Program-made: the position numbers and the translations under genes | Part shown: positions 12,401 through 27,487 of the stretch, one piece after another | Layout: every line of letters starts with the position of its first letter | How positions within the stretch are numbered: the stretch's first letter is position 1 | DNA from: Aplysia californica | Taxonomy: Eukaryota | DNA: 64,000 nucleotides | Direction: 5' to 3' | Assembly (NCBI RefSeq): GCF_000002075.1 | Contig: NW_004797332.1 | Coordinates: 435,378 to 499,377 of the forward strand | Notes under the pieces: model-generated | Databases searched by the model: none | Seen by the model: only the letters and a program-made list of their open reading frames with translations | What the model was told of the DNA's origin: nothing

Positions 12401-15400
12401 AGACCCGACTAGAAGAAGCCCAACAGTATACATTTCGTCTGGAGAGGGCTAAGTTCCGACTTGAAGGGGACAAGGCAAAGCTTGAGGCAGATGTTGCAGG
12501 CTGGAAGAAGAGGCTGAAGAAGGCGGAGGAAATGGCAACAGACTTCAAGTTTGAGAGTTCCAAGTACCTCAGCCAGTTCCGCAAGGAGAAGGTAGGAAAA
12601 TACTGTCAGTATGTAAGGAAATGAAGTTGCTGGCACCTAATGGTACATTTTCGCAAAGTGTTGTTTTGTTAGTTAAGAAAGAAAAAAATGTTGAAGACGA
12701 ACTAACTGGCTCTACAGATAAGACAATATAGCAATGGCAAGAATGCTGACCACCTAGACTCTAGGAGAATAACTTTCAAATAATTAGAAATTGTTGATTC
12801 TAAATTTTAGTTCAAGGAAAGAAAAGGCATGTGGGCTGAAGTGATGCTGTGACAAATGAAGTGTGTCTGGAACTGACAAAAAGACTCTCTTTTTATTATA
12901 AAAAAATGTTTCTTCATTTTCTTAATTCCTCATACGACATTCCCAACAAATGCACACAAATGCTCTCGGACTACACTAGGCCTCTCTTCCTGCAACACTA
13001 TTACAGATATTCACAAAGCTTGCACATGCTATTTGAAGAGACAAGATTTCATGAGCATGTTGGAATGTTCAGGCAGGTTTTACTGTTGTACAAATCTATG
13101 AATGGCATGAAGGTTTCTTTTCTGTCCATCTTTGAAAACTCATTGATTAAGCTTGGACTATAAAAATATAATAAGATATGGCTTGCAGACTTCATAGCAG
13201 TGCACGACTCCACCCATAACAGACTGATGGAGTTTACAATTTTTGTCAAGATAGTCTAGAATATGGAACTGAGACAGGTAAGATTATACCATCAAAATGG
13301 AGCCATTTCAATCTAGTCTAAAATATGGAACTGAGAGAGGAAAGTTTCATCAGAATGGAGCCATTTAATTCTAGACCCATTACTTCTTTTAGTATGCGGA
13401 GAAGGAAAGGCAACTATTTGTTTTCTTTAGATCTAAGTCTCTTTACAGGAAAAGTAGTTTTAGTAAATGTGTAAAGTGCAATGTATACAACATGGTCTTC
13501 TACTAGTTTTTCCTCTGTTCTAGGACATCCACACAAAACAAAACCTTTTCTCAGTGGTTAGAAATGAATAATGTTCTTATTCTTTCTTTACATTTTTGAA
13601 AATATACCTTATTTTGTCATGTCTATTCCTCATTAATCAGCCTTCCAAAGGAGTTATTTATTGAAAATTGCCCTTTTCCGGCATTGTTGCATCATTTTAA
13701 AGTAGTGTCTCTCTGTGCAGGAGCTTGCGGCCAGCAAAACTCAAGAATTGATCAGCTCAGAGCAAAAATACTTAAAGCTTACTATGAAAAACAAGGAGCT
13801 ACTGGATCAGCTTGGAGAAATGACCTTGAATATGCAAGAGAGGGAGAGAGAACTTATGGTAAGTGGAGAGAAAATCACTTTGTATATTTGCTCTTTTAAA
13901 TCAACTGTATATTTTCTGATATTATATTTCTACTGCATTCCCACCCACCCCCCCCCCCAATCCACATCCATTCCCCCAATCCTCTGAGCTAATTTTTAAT
14001 TGATTTAACCATTTTAGAAGGGAAAGGGGAGGGGGTGGGGGGGGGGGGGGAGAGATGTGAGATCCTGGGACTTTAATCCAAACAGTATGATTAAAGCTGA
14101 GGATTTGATTTTTAAAAAAAATTCTGAGTAAAGTGAACTTTCTTATATTTATTGGTCTGGTCTCAGTAAACTGCACATTTTGAGAAAAAAGGTTAAAAAA
14201 ATCTCATTGTAAATGTCTGAATCCTTTATCGGCACAATTCAAATCACGTACAGGGGCTACTTGACCCAGGCTGAGAAAGATCTCATGGTCTAGAGCGGAG
14301 ATGGAGATATTCGATTAAAACCCTCTCCACACTGGAATGGAACTCATATCTTCTGTGCGTGATGGCAAGCACCTAAATGCTGCACCACAGACACAAGCCT
14401 GCACATCTTTGAATCCATCTTATTCTTACAATCTTTTTTAATCGGTCTTTCTTGTTTCACACAGTATGAATCTTCTCCATATCATATTAACTTATTTCAG
14501 GCAAAGACTAAAGAGTTACAAGACAAAGATTTTCGGCTGATGTCCTTTGTCAAGAAGAATGAAATGCTGTCTGAAAAACTCTCCAAAACACAGCATAATT
14601 TAACAGAATGTGACGAAAATCGCAAAACAGAAAAGAATGAAATAAGAACCCTTGAGGCCAGTAGGTTCCACAAATGAGTCTTACATGCTTTGTATTCAAT
14701 CTTTTCTTTGATTATTTTATGGAAGAAAGTTACGGAAATGTTCTTTTGGAAATGCTTGATGTTTTCGCATTTCTTTTGTACAGTTATTTAGTTTTTGCCT
14801 TCTTTGTGTCTTTCTATTTGCTTGTCATTGGTGGGTATTATATTCATGTATCATTTTGTAAAAAACAAAACTTTTTGTTTTCCATGTATTCATTTTGAAA
14901 CTCTTGAGTGAAAGTGCTACCATAAACAAGCAAATTCATATGTACTTTTAAAATGGAAAGATTATTCCTTTGTATTGGTGCAGTTTCCTTTTTTGTCTTT
15001 GTTCAAGTTAACTTATTGCCACAAAGAATTGGTTATTTATGTGGCAAGGCATTTTGCTTGATTTCATCATTGCTTTTGTTGTTGCTGTTGAAGTTAAATA
15101 CCGTTGGGCCCCTGGGCTGAGACACAATATGTTAAAAGCTTCAAGAAATTTTATAGAGTATCTTGGTCTTTCTGAAGGGATGTTGTATCCCTCTCATCCC
15201 AGTTTGGCCCTGACAGGCAGGGTCAAAATCTGATTCCTAAATGATCTAAATTGTGTTGATGGGGATATAAGAACACCTTTGAAACAAAGCGATCTCTTGA
15301 GCCCTATCCCCCTAAATCTAAAAGCTCCTTTGGGTTGACTGTTAGATTTACATCACTGCACTCTGTTCAGTAAAACATCAGGAGGCTAGCCCAGGATAGG

Positions 15401-18400
15401 GAAAGGTGGAAAGTGTTCGTGGCCTATACCCTGATCCAGAGTGAGAAAGCATAGATGATGCTGATGACTCTGTTCAGTGTACAGAAGGATAGAGGTAGTG
15501 TGAGTTCAGACATGTACTCAGGTTCATAGAAAGGACTCACTCTTTTTGTGTCAATCTACGATAAAATGTGGACTTGCCATTATCTCTAGTGCAAGAAGCA
15601 CCCTCTCCATGTAAGTTGAACCTGCTCTAATGGCCACCTGTCCAAGGCAATCACTGGTACAAATGACCACTACCCACTTCTCTTCTTTGCACTTTTTCTA
15701 TATTAGCCTATATTGACACTGTCCAAGACTTCCATCTGTCTAAGACAAACCCTTTTCTCATTAACAGTGGATGGCTGACTAAGACAATTTTGACAGTATT
15801 TTTTTTTTACGTAGTATTTTTGTATTTTATTATTTTGTCTTCCATTTGATATCAACATGTCTACTTTATGCGATAAATGTAATGTGATAACAGGCCTCTT
15901 GCAACATTGACTACTCACTGGTGTAGCTCAGACATGGAAACCCCTTAGGAACAGAAAGAGCTCAGGTTTGCCCTGTTATGTTCACTTTTATGAAATGGAC
16001 ATATTTTGGGATTCTGTCCTCAGACATTGCCGCGTCTGAGAAACATTTGGAAATTGTTACAAAACAGTTGAAAAAAGCCGCGAGTCAGATTGAGAGCTCG
16101 GAAAAGGTGAGATCTTGTACTCTATTGTCCTTACTTCAGTGTTGTTATAGAAAGTGTCTCACCCTGATAGAAACATATTAAGTTCCTCTCTGCTGGACTC
16201 TCTCTTAAGCAATGACCATGTAGGCTGTTATGTCACTGATCATCATTCTTATCAGAACCCTTGCAGATGCATCAATTTAGCACGAATTGCAGTTGATATA
16301 TTTTTTAAAAAGTTGATTGTTTTGATTGTGATGTTCAACTTGATTTTGAGACTGCATGGTCTAATCCAATGGTCAGTGTAACAATCTATCTTTAATGTTT
16401 CCCAGCTTTTATTATTAAGATTTTTTGTTTTATTTCTCTCATACCCCTGCCAGGCGGTTAGGGAGCAACTGACTGCAAGATCTTTTATGGACATGGCCGT
16501 TTTATCTACAAACATAGTAAAATCATCCCTTGCCTGACAGGCAGCCCTGTGCTGTTTTCAAAAGTACCCTTTTTGCTGACTAGACTAAAGTTTATTATAT
16601 TTATAAGCAACTTTTTTTCTTGTCTTTCTACTTCCTCCCTGCCCATCCTTTCTCTCTTTCCCCCCCCCCCTCTCTCCTTTTGTGCCTGTATAGGCCTACC
16701 CTACTTTTCCCCCTTAAAAGAACAAAATACAGTGTGGAGTCACTTAAACTGAACATGGATAGTCCCAAAAAGAGCAGTAAAATGAAAGAAGATGAATCCG
16801 TGAATTTTTCCTTTTTTTTTGTCTTTGGGAGAAAATCATAGATAAGCTGAAATGTTTCTTTTTCTAAACCGTAAAGAATTTTAAGAACACCTATACATGT
16901 ATATTGTCTAAATCTTCACCAGCAGTCCTCAGATAATACAGTTCATCAAGTCTTAAGTGCTTCAAGATAGAGAAACGGAAGAAAAACAAAAGAATGCCTT
17001 TATATAAATAGCAGTTCAGAGAAAGGCATTGCCAGTGAACTGTTTGCCTTTGTTTATTACACACATCAATAAGCCTACGGACTGTGAAGTGACCCAAGGA
17101 TAGCGAATGTACATGTGTTGAGCTGTTGAGCTCGTGGGGCTAAAAAGTGGACGTGCACAATTAAGCTATCTCATGCTGAAGATAGTCAAGGGCATAGTAA
17201 ATGAGACGGTGTATAATTTTAGGATCTTTGTGTTGGTGAGGGAGGACCTCGTCCTTTATTTTTATTCTTTTTATATACCGCTTTGATTTCTAGTACTAAA
17301 TTTGTTTGTTCGCTAAACATCAATTTTGTTCATCCTGTATTGGAACTGAACACTTAAGTAATAACTTTCACCACTCCACTACAAAACCATTCAAAGGCAC
17401 AACTCGTAGAACGGCCACGTTCACCTCCCTAGAGTCACTTTATGACTTAAAATAGTGGCAAGACAGACAATGAACCAATCACAATTCACTTGAGCACTCC
17501 GCTGGATTGCTCCGGGGCTCACATAATATTGGCAAAGAATAGCGCACGGTCTATCGCATTTATTTTTAGACTGTCTATTGTGGGCTCTGTTTCGGCACTA
17601 TTCGGCTGGAGCACATATGAGATGTGCCGTCTTATTAATATTAATATACCAACAAACTCACTACGAGTGTCGTCATCGCTTGGGTTTTCCTCAAGAGCGA
17701 TTTATAGGTCAGGTTACACTGTTGAATATCCTATTATGTTAAGCTAAAACTCGTGGAATTTGGCATGCCTTAGTAGATGTTTTACGGCATTATAGACACA
17801 GAAATGACAGTTGTGGCGCCACTGAGGACCTTGTTTTGATATAATATTTGGCTAGTGTTTGTTTCTGGCTTCTTTTATTTTATTATTGTGGGTCTTTTAC
17901 GAAATAGAACAATACAAAATTTTGGGCGGCATTGCACGACCGTGCTCTATGGACGAACAGCGCCTGTACATAAGCCTGTGATGGCATGTGGTGTGTTTCA
18001 TGACATCACTGGCACTGTGCTTCTCACATCTCTCATAGCCCACAAATCCTAACGCAAAACACAGTACAGTAGGCCTACAGTATGCTGATCTACTAGCTTT
18101 TGTCTACTCTGTGTGACTGTGTGGCAGATTAAGCAAGCTGACAATGTCAAAGAGAAAGCACAATGTGTACAGTCTGCTTTTTAAATTGCAGTCACTGAAA
18201 GAGGTACATGAGAAAAAAAACAACTCTCAAAAAGTGAAACTTGCTGCAAGCATGACATTTCCATCTGTTCACTGTCGAGATTTATTGCTTTTTGAGCAGT
18301 TTCTCTAAATCAAAAGCACAGCTTAACTGAAGAAAATGTGGCAGTTTGGCAATTTTGGTTAGTGGACTCCTTTGTATTAAACAAAAAATCAAATATTTGT

Positions 18401-21400
18401 TTTAACTTTACTTTTGTTCTGGCAGGTGAATACCAAGTTATTGAAACAGAAGGAAAAAATTGATAGCTCTCTCAAGATTGAGTCAGACATGAATAGGTCA
18501 TTGCTGTCAGACTTGGCCACAGCCCAAGAAAACACCAAGAATATTTATGAAAACCTTCAGTCTCTGACTTTTGAAAAAGACAAACTGTTTGGCCGCATCA
18601 ACCAGCAGTCCTGCGAGGTGGGTGACATAAAAGTTTCTTGTGACTTTCCATTTCACTATCTGGGAATGGAAAATTTAAACTTTTTCGAATGTGTCACAAG
18701 CAAGAGGTCCTTGAAATTGAACAGCTTTTTCATCTGGAAGTGAGTATTTTCTATTTATAATAATATATTTGTCCATGTTTCTCTTGAAATTTTACCATTG
18801 CTAATGATAGTGTGATTAAATAGCAAGTAAATTTAATGTGTCGAAGAGCTGTTCAGATATAACGGGTAATGGGCCTACCTGCCTATCTGCTAGTTACTTT
18901 AAGAATTTGAAAATTCTGTTAGACAGCAAGTTCCTGAGTGACATGTAACATTCAATTTTAATTAAGGCTATGTGTATTTAAGTCATTTTAAAATTTTTGT
19001 CTTTAGACATGAAACTGAGTTAATATCTGTGGACAGATCGCCAGACTGAATGACGAGCTTCATACAAAAGAAATTGTGGCATTCATGGCTCAGCAACACA
19101 GAGCGGAGGTTGAACATCAACTGAAACAGATGAAAGAAAACCTGGTGTATGCTTTGAGTCAACGGGATAACATCAACAGCATGCTTCGTAAAACAGAGGT
19201 GACTTTTTACTTTTTGTATAGAAATAAAATGTAGGTATCATGTTTACTTTGTTTTTACTTTATTTTTATGCTGTGCTGTGAGCACAAAGGACATTGAGAA
19301 CATTTTGAAGGCTATGTTTCTCAGTAAAATCCACTCCAAAATTTTATTTTAAAATGGACATAAAAGTGTTGAGCCAAAAAAAAATTGATGAAAATTTGAT
19401 TTCACCGCAATTTCACATATATACATAGACTACAGCTTTAGCTTTTTGAATATTTCATTGCTTCTGTATTTTGACAATCCCAAGAGAGGCTTCAACTTTC
19501 ACTTTTTGGGATAAACAGCTGTCTACTACAGTCTACGTTGCTAATCTCATGGCTTTGGTAAGCTAATACTTATCAATGTCACCATATTGTACACACTGTA
19601 CAGTGCATCCACCTTTTGAAATGGGATGACCGAAAAAGAATGTACTGCTACAGAGCCGGATGGATGGTTGCCCACCTTATAACTCATTGGAGCGGTGGAA
19701 GATGAAACCAACACTATAATAGTGATTAATAAATATGTTCCAATAGCGTATTTTCACTTGGAAAGTTATCAGTGCGCTTTTCGATGATACAAAAAACATA
19801 ATTCCAGCAGTAATTCTTTAAAATTCCCTCCCCCTTTCTCTCTTTCTTTCTCTGTCTTGATCTCTCTTTTTTTTCTCTTCCCACGCCCTTTCTCTACCGT
19901 TTTTACTAACTTTACATTGATTAAGACAGTAATTAAGAAATCTAACGATGTGTCTCGGCAAAAAGGTGCCATTTTTACATTAGATCAACAATTGTTTTCC
20001 AAATCTTGTGAAATGTAAAACGTTTTCATTCTTATTAAGCAAACTAAACTTTGATTTTTCTATTTCTATTCTCAATTTTTAGACTACTGAAAAAGAACAA
20101 GAAAAGAAAATGGCCAGCATCTCGAAAACACATTCTTAGACCAGATCAGAGATAGCATCGTTTCTTTTGGATTGGGCTAGGCATATAACATCGTCATGTT
20201 GTTTAAGTATTCTAAGCCCAGAAAAAATTTTCAGGAGAGAAGAAAAAGGAATTTTTTTAATTCTGTAAAGATAGCACCTACATTACGTAACTTTTCTAGC
20301 ATTTTTCAACATTTACCGTTTACATTTTGACCAAATATTTCATGGGCATATTCATCCAATACAACAGATTACTTAAGAAACTGGAGTTATAAAAAAATTC
20401 AATACTCTGGGCTTTAGTACATCTGAACAGCTGGCTGATAATGAATATTATGCTGGTTTGCTTGAGCATGCTGGCTCAAACATGNNNNNNNNNNNNNNNN
20501 NNNNNNNNNNNNNNNNNNNNNNNNNNNNNNNNNNNNNNNNNNNNNNNNNNNNNNNNNNNNNNNNNNNNNNNNNNNNNNNNNNNNNNNNNNNNNNNNNNNN
20601 NNNNNNNNNNNNNNNNNNNNNNNNNNNAACTTGGCATATTTCCCTTAAGTCCTTAACTTTTGGAAATTTTACCTTTTGAGCTTTGACAGAATTATCAAGT
20701 TATCATTTTTTTTTGTTTCAGCTACTGAACTCGGACCTTTCCCAAGCAAATGTCAACATTGGAAAGCAGACAAAATCTCTTTCAGAAGATATTCTAAACA
20801 AAGGTGAGCGTATTGCTTTTTGTTTGTATTAAGTAGATGCTGCAAATTTTCCTCATCATTTGGTTTTTCAGTGGGAGAGAATTTCCATCCCTGACTCTCG
20901 CATTGCCTCTCAACTCCTTTTTCCTTTTTTTAGTGTTATTGTTGAAAAATTTCCCCTTATGTGCTGGCCTTTTCACCTTTGAAACTATTAGCTTTATATA
21001 ATTATGATGCAATTGGATAAGCAGTCATTCTTTTAAGATATTGAGAGGTTGAATATTATTGTTTGTTAAAGAAAAACAACAGGGCTCTGATCAAAGTAAG
21101 ATGTGAATGTTGTGTTTTCATACAGGTTTCTATCCCCCCCCCCCCTCTTTTAATTTATCTCTCTGGATTTTTCTCTCCCTCTGCCTGTCTGTCTGTCTCT
21201 CTACTCTCTCTCTCTCTCTCTCTGTCACTCACTCTCTCTCTCTCTGTCTGTCTCTCTCTCTCTTTTAGTGTGCGTGTGTGCCCCTCGACTCCCCCTTCCT
21301 CTCTCTCTTGTTCTCTACCCATTCATTTATTTCCCATGCTGTTTTCGGGTGTTTTGCTTCCTGTATTATCTATTATTCCTCATCCTCATTTGATCTGTTC

Positions 21401-24400
21401 TCAACTTATCTGCTTATCTATTTATTTATTTAAAGAAAGAAAAAAAAAGCCCAGGGTGCTGCACAGTGGAGACCAGNNNNNNNNNNNNNNNNNNNNNNNN
21501 NNNNNNNNNNNNNNNNNNNNNNNNNNNNNNNNNNNNNNNNNNNNNNNNNNNNNNNNNNNNNNNNNNNNNNNNNNNNNNNNNNNNNNNNNNNNNNNNNNNN
21601 NNNNNNNNNNNNNNNNNNNNNNNNNNNNNNNNNNNNNNNNNNNNNNNNNNNNNNNNNNNNNNNNNNNNNNNNNNNNNNNNNNNNNNNNNNNNNNNNNNNN
21701 NNNNNNNNNNNNNNNNNNNNNNNNNNNNNNNNNNCAGAAATCAATAAAGTCCGTTTATTTATTTATTTATTTTTGATTGATTGATTGATTGGATTGTTTG
21801 AATTTATTTTTGTTTGAAGAACAACAGCTGAGTCATTTGTCTGACAAGTATACAAAGCTGAAGGATGAGCTGAACGAGGCCCACAATGAGCTTGTCATTG
21901 AGCGGGTGGAGGGCAAGAAACGCAAGGACCAAGTGCGGGATATGTACAAAGAACTGCGCTATGTGGAGAAGATGATGGAACGTCAGAGGGGCCAGATCGA
22001 GAGGCAAAATATCTACATAGAAGAGGTCTCTGAAGAAACTATTTGTTCCTAGCATTTTCGTAGGACCACCTTTCCAAGAGGTCTTGTTGATGGCAGGTGG
22101 TTAGACAGCTGAGAGGGTTATCAATGTATCAATAGATTATGTGTTCAATGTTATCCGCGAAATAAACATTTTGAGAGGTTCACCCCCCCCCCCCCCCCCC
22201 CCCCCGCATGGTGTAGTTTGGTGATCAGTACGAGCTGGAGAATTTTTTTCAGAAAGGGAGTGGAGTGGGACGGAGGGGAGGGGAAGATGTGTGTGTGTAA
22301 GTGTGTGTGTGCATGGGTGTGTGGTTTAATTGCAAGAGTGCCCATCCTGTATACCTGGTTGGCTCAAATGTACCTTGTGCCGTTACAAAAAAAATTTGAA
22401 GATTGATTTTTTTTAAAAACCTCTTTAAGGTTACTGGTACTTACTTTTCACTTTTTTTTGTCCTCTTGTACCACAAGGTGTGAAGGGGAGATAGGGAGAT
22501 ACGATGGTCAGATGTGGTCTAAGTGTGTTGCCTTTTGGATTGTCATTGTACTGCTTCGGAAAGTCTCTTTAATTTCGTTGATCCATCTTTTGTTTGGTCT
22601 TCCTCTTGCCTTGAAGCCATTCAATCTTGTATTGTAGACCTTTGAGGCTGCCAGCAAGACCCCACAGAATTCATCCAGTCATCGTCCCTCCTATTTCTCA
22701 TACCCAAAATGTTGATCCACTTCCCACAGCTGACGTGTCAGAGAAACATCCTGGGTGCCCAGTGCGTGAGGAACAAACAAGAAATCTCCATGCTAAAACA
22801 GAAGCACGACATTTTGGGAGACATTATGCAGATGGGCGATCGCCTGTACAATGAGCGCATCCGGGAGATCGGGTTTCTGCACCTCCAGAATGCAAACTTG
22901 TGGCGGCAGAAGGACGGAGTGATGCACAAACTAGAGAACATAGATAATTTGAAGTAAGTGCAGATGCTGACAAAGTGATTATAAACTTTTTCAAAGTGAA
23001 AATGAGCACCTCAAAAGATTAATGGAAACCCTCGAAGTGAGGAGGGATATCATTATAGTAATTGTGGGGACAGACAAACCTGATCTGAAGGCCATGTGTC
23101 CAAGATAATCTCTTGTGCAAATGACCACTACTCCTCCCCCCCTAGCATTTTTTTTCAATAGTCAAGACGTTCACCTGTTTATGACGACCACTTTTCTCCT
23201 CGAAGATATATGGACTTCTTAGGCAAGTTTGACTGTACCTCGCTAACATATGAAAGATTTCTAGTGTGGGAGAAAAAAAAAAGTTTTATGCAGTAACACT
23301 TTCAAGGTCAGATTTTAGTTAAATGAATTCAAAGACCTTGTGATATTCACGAACGTTAAACATTTTGCTATGGGCTATAAAACTAAGTTTGGCAGAGAAG
23401 AGTTGTCTACATTTTGATATTTAAAAGCTTCATTTCCACTTATAATAATAATGAATATGAAGATCATATCTACAGCGCCCTCTCTCGTGTAAACACAGCT
23501 CTAGGCGCTTTACATAAATGCATGTACGAACAATATTCACGCACGCGACACACACAGGCACACACACGCACTCGCACACACACACTCACACACACACACA
23601 CACATACCCAAAAAAACACACACACACATACCTACTTGCTTTTCACACGCGCACGCTTACACATCGTTACGAAATGAGTACATACACATATATAATGAAA
23701 TAATATACACAATGCAATTCGCAAAGTACATAAATGGATATATAGTCATTTACATTACATTGTACGGAACATGAATCTACTGACATAAAAATGATGTCAT
23801 TAAATTTGTCTTAAAAGATTTTTAAAATTTAGACTCAGATGTTGTATGTCTCACTTGTGGATGTGTGGAGCTTGCAGGCTTCTCTTTTGGCTTCAGCATA
23901 CTTAATTTGTGAAGCCTCAATTATGGTAGCTGATATTTAGCCTCCTGATTGACCAATTTTGATCATTTAAGAGGCAGGCTGCTTAGACTCAGCCTGTGAG
24001 AGCCAACTTGGGTTGAGAGGGATACACCTTCCCAGCAGACAGATGAAGGTACCTGATTAAAAAACCTCTCCATTTGGGAACTGAACTCATGTCTTCTGCT
24101 TGCAATGGCGAAACTGCTACTTCACAGACACCTGTACTACTCTTGTGATTTGCACCAACATAAAACATATTTCACCGCTTTTCTCTACTTAATATGTCCT
24201 TGTGCTAATGAATCAAGGCTCTACCCTCCAGGGTGGTGCTACTGACTGAAGTGTCTTTAGGCCATTTCCAAAGGGGGGACATTAACCTGTTTTTATGCAC
24301 AGTAAAATTATAATTGTAAATGGACTGATTCATCAATATCATGCTCATAACTGTGCCTGAATTGCAACAGGGAACTGCTGCTTTTTCTTTACTAATCCTT

Positions 24401-26016
24401 ACTATGGTTTTTTTCCCCTCTACTTCATTTGTATGTTTGTCACACTCTTGTGACCGGCTATTTCCGGAGTGCCTTGATAGTCGAGGCAGACTTTGTACTG
24501 TTGAAGCTAGAGAGGTGAGCAGAGTAAGTCTGATTCCCTGTAAGGACTTCTCTGTTGACATCCACTCCTTGGCGCTCATATGACCTTATGCAGTTGCGAG
24601 CGTCGTAAAACCTCTACTAAAACTAAACTAAACAGAATCAAGGCACAAGAAGAGGTGAATCTCTATTCCAGGTCAAAGTTGGGTCTTGCTAATCAACAGC
24701 TGGTAAATTTCAAGGCTCGCTGCAAGGCTCTTGAGGATCAAGCCCCAATGCCCGTTCACAAGTGGCGACACCTGAAGGTAGGACTCACTGTTTGGTGCCT
24801 TTTAAAACACTTGAGGTGATCTGAGAAAACTTGTTGGATATTGCCGACCCTCTTTTAGAGATCTTTAAATTCTCAATAACAAGAAAATATCTGACGATTG
24901 GTCAAAAATGAGTTTGTTTAACTTACAAATTTCTTCTCTAACCGTTTTTGCTATAGGCCGGCCAAAGGTTATATAAAATGTGCACATGTTAGCTGTATAG
25001 TTCAGTACGCTTTTAATTAGTTCTGAAAATGTGCTGTTTCCATTTCAGTTTTCGAATCCTAGCTTTTCACTTCTTGTAGCGTCTGTCTAATCACTTTTAC
25101 TTTGAGGTATATTCAGCCCTTCATGTCTTCATTGAGCTGCCTTCATAGTTCTGAAAATTGTTGCACACAAATTTGAACCCTAGTTTTCGAGTCAACAATA
25201 GTGTGCAAATTGGCGTAATACAATAAACAGTTGTGTATTGTTTCCCTCCTCATTCCCAAGTTCTTTTCATCCCACTTTTCTCTGGTTTTGAACTGAAACA
25301 GAGCTTAAATTCCAAACTTATTTATCTGCTCTGGGAAATTTAGCATTGTCATTTATCATTTATTTTTCTTTGTGTACGGGCCTTGACATGGTGAGGAAAT
25401 TTGTTCTCCCTTACAATTCTGGGAACTATGTCAGCGGGTTTGATTTCACATCACATAGAGCAGAAAAAGGCGCAAAGACTGATCAAACTAATTTAACTCT
25501 TTTCTTTATGTACAGGCTCAAGACTTTTCTAAGTTCGAAATGATCCTGAAAACAAATCACTTGGTGAAGAAACTCATTGCCAAAACTGAGGAAGTAACAA
25601 GGCTGGAAGGGGCATTGTTGGACAAAGCTCAAGTCCTGAAGTACTTCAAAGGCATGCTAGAGAAAGCTCCTGGACCTGATGTGGCAATGAGAGCCTGCTT
25701 AGACCGAAGGGAGAAGGAAGGAATGACAAAAAAGCTCAAGGTTAGGCATTTGCTTTTACTACCGAGGACTTTTATTGAAGCCAAATTAAAATGGAATCTA
25801 GAAGAATTCAGTGCTGCCTTAACCTTTGTTTTTATGCTGTGATCCCAGTAAAACTTGGTAAATTTTATTTCTTCTCGTCAGTCAGGCTTTGTACCAATCA
25901 GCAGTGATGTGGATTTTTTGTGTGAAATGTGTCTATCATTGAATGTACTTTTTAGGGACTGCAACTAAAATTATCCACTCCATCTTTGTCATACACATTT
26001 CTTTTGAGGGATGAGA

Positions 26017-26082
<66 letters not shown>

Positions 26083-27405
26083 GAAGAGGGGGGGGGGGGG
26101 GTGAGTAGTTGTAATTGCACCTGCTTGTCTTTTTTACAGTGAGACAATCTCAAATACAATTCTTACTTCTAAATCTTAGCATTGAATTTACTTTAGCGGT
26201 TTTTAAAGTTTTATTTAGTTTTAGTTTTAATAATTTTAACACTGTTAGATCATTTAAGTGTCAAAGATTAGAGGTGCTACTATAGAGTAACATAATAATA
26301 TGAAGAAAAGGAGGAGGAAACATAAAGACACTAGATTTTTTAAAATAGGACAAGCAGATGCAACCATCCACATTAGATTTGCAATGATTGTACTAATTTT
26401 TTGTGCTAGTTTCCTCAATGACATTGGTTGTTATATGGTCTCTTGTCATTACAATGTTTGCTTTCGATCAATGTCCCTGCAGATGCTCTTTTAATATTAA
26501 CTTGCAGCAAATACTTTTTAAAAAGGTTACTATATCAATTCTGTATTCAGTGATACAACATTTTTGTAACAGGCAGCACTGGCTGAGATGAATATGGTGG
26601 AGTGGAAGGCTCAGGCGAAAGGACAAGAAAGAGACGAACTAAAGAAACAACTGGTGGAAGAGAAGAAGAAACGAATGCAACAGCAGAAAACGTTCGAGAA
26701 GGAAAGGAAAAAGTATGATAACATAAATTTTAATTATTACATAATGTACTTATATGATGAACTAGCTGGGCCCCCTTTCGATGAAAGGGATGATCGGTGC
26801 TTTAGTATCAACTAAAAGTCATTGGCCTACTTTACACTCTATTGGAATGGGGAAATAAATCTTGAGAGATGCTAAAAATCAGGTCTATATCTATACTCTC
26901 AAAACAAAATGCGCCTCGCGAAATATCACTTTCGGATTTTCTAAAATTACAGAGACAGCAGCGTCGGCCTACAAAAGCGGTCGACGAAATAAAGAAATTT
27001 AGCTTTTTGTAGCAAAACTGTCTCAAAACTGAAAAAACCAAGGGCGCCATGATCTGGAGAATATTTTAAAGAATTTTTTGGCGAAAACCGCATGTCGATT
27101 GATGCTGCCATTAAAAAGCCTTTTGAATAGCAAAATTCGGCCACCACAAATAAATAATAGAAGATATGAGACAGTTGCTGCATAGTGTTGGTACCATCTA
27201 GCATGCATATACAAATATGCACACAGCGAATATGTACATTTGGAATAGATTTTCAAGTCCCAAATTTGTTCTTACATATTCTTTGTATTCAAAACAGGCA
27301 CATATAGCAAAAACAATCTGTACATAGCAAAATATAATGGCATCAGAGAGGGTAGATCTTATGAAATATGACAGCAAATTGTGTCCACTGAAGTAGCTAA
27401 GATGT

Positions 27406-27487
<82 letters not shown>

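Noticed and set aside
20084-20140. Possible extra CFAP58-like exon (TTEKEQEKKM...)
   Set aside because: Hits a stop, has no donor, and exons 19198>20722 already join without a gap.
20441-21776. Long ORF-track entries with X runs or L/S repeats (also 40076-40486 and 2921-3483)
   Set aside because: Artefacts of N gaps and microsatellites.
24580-24671. SINE tail apparently supplying the acceptor (CTAAACAG at about 24634) for a CFAP58-like exon
   Set aside because: In frame but lacks a pyrimidine tract. The acceptor at 24671 (CTCTATTCCAG) gives a gap-free match to the family as I recall it.
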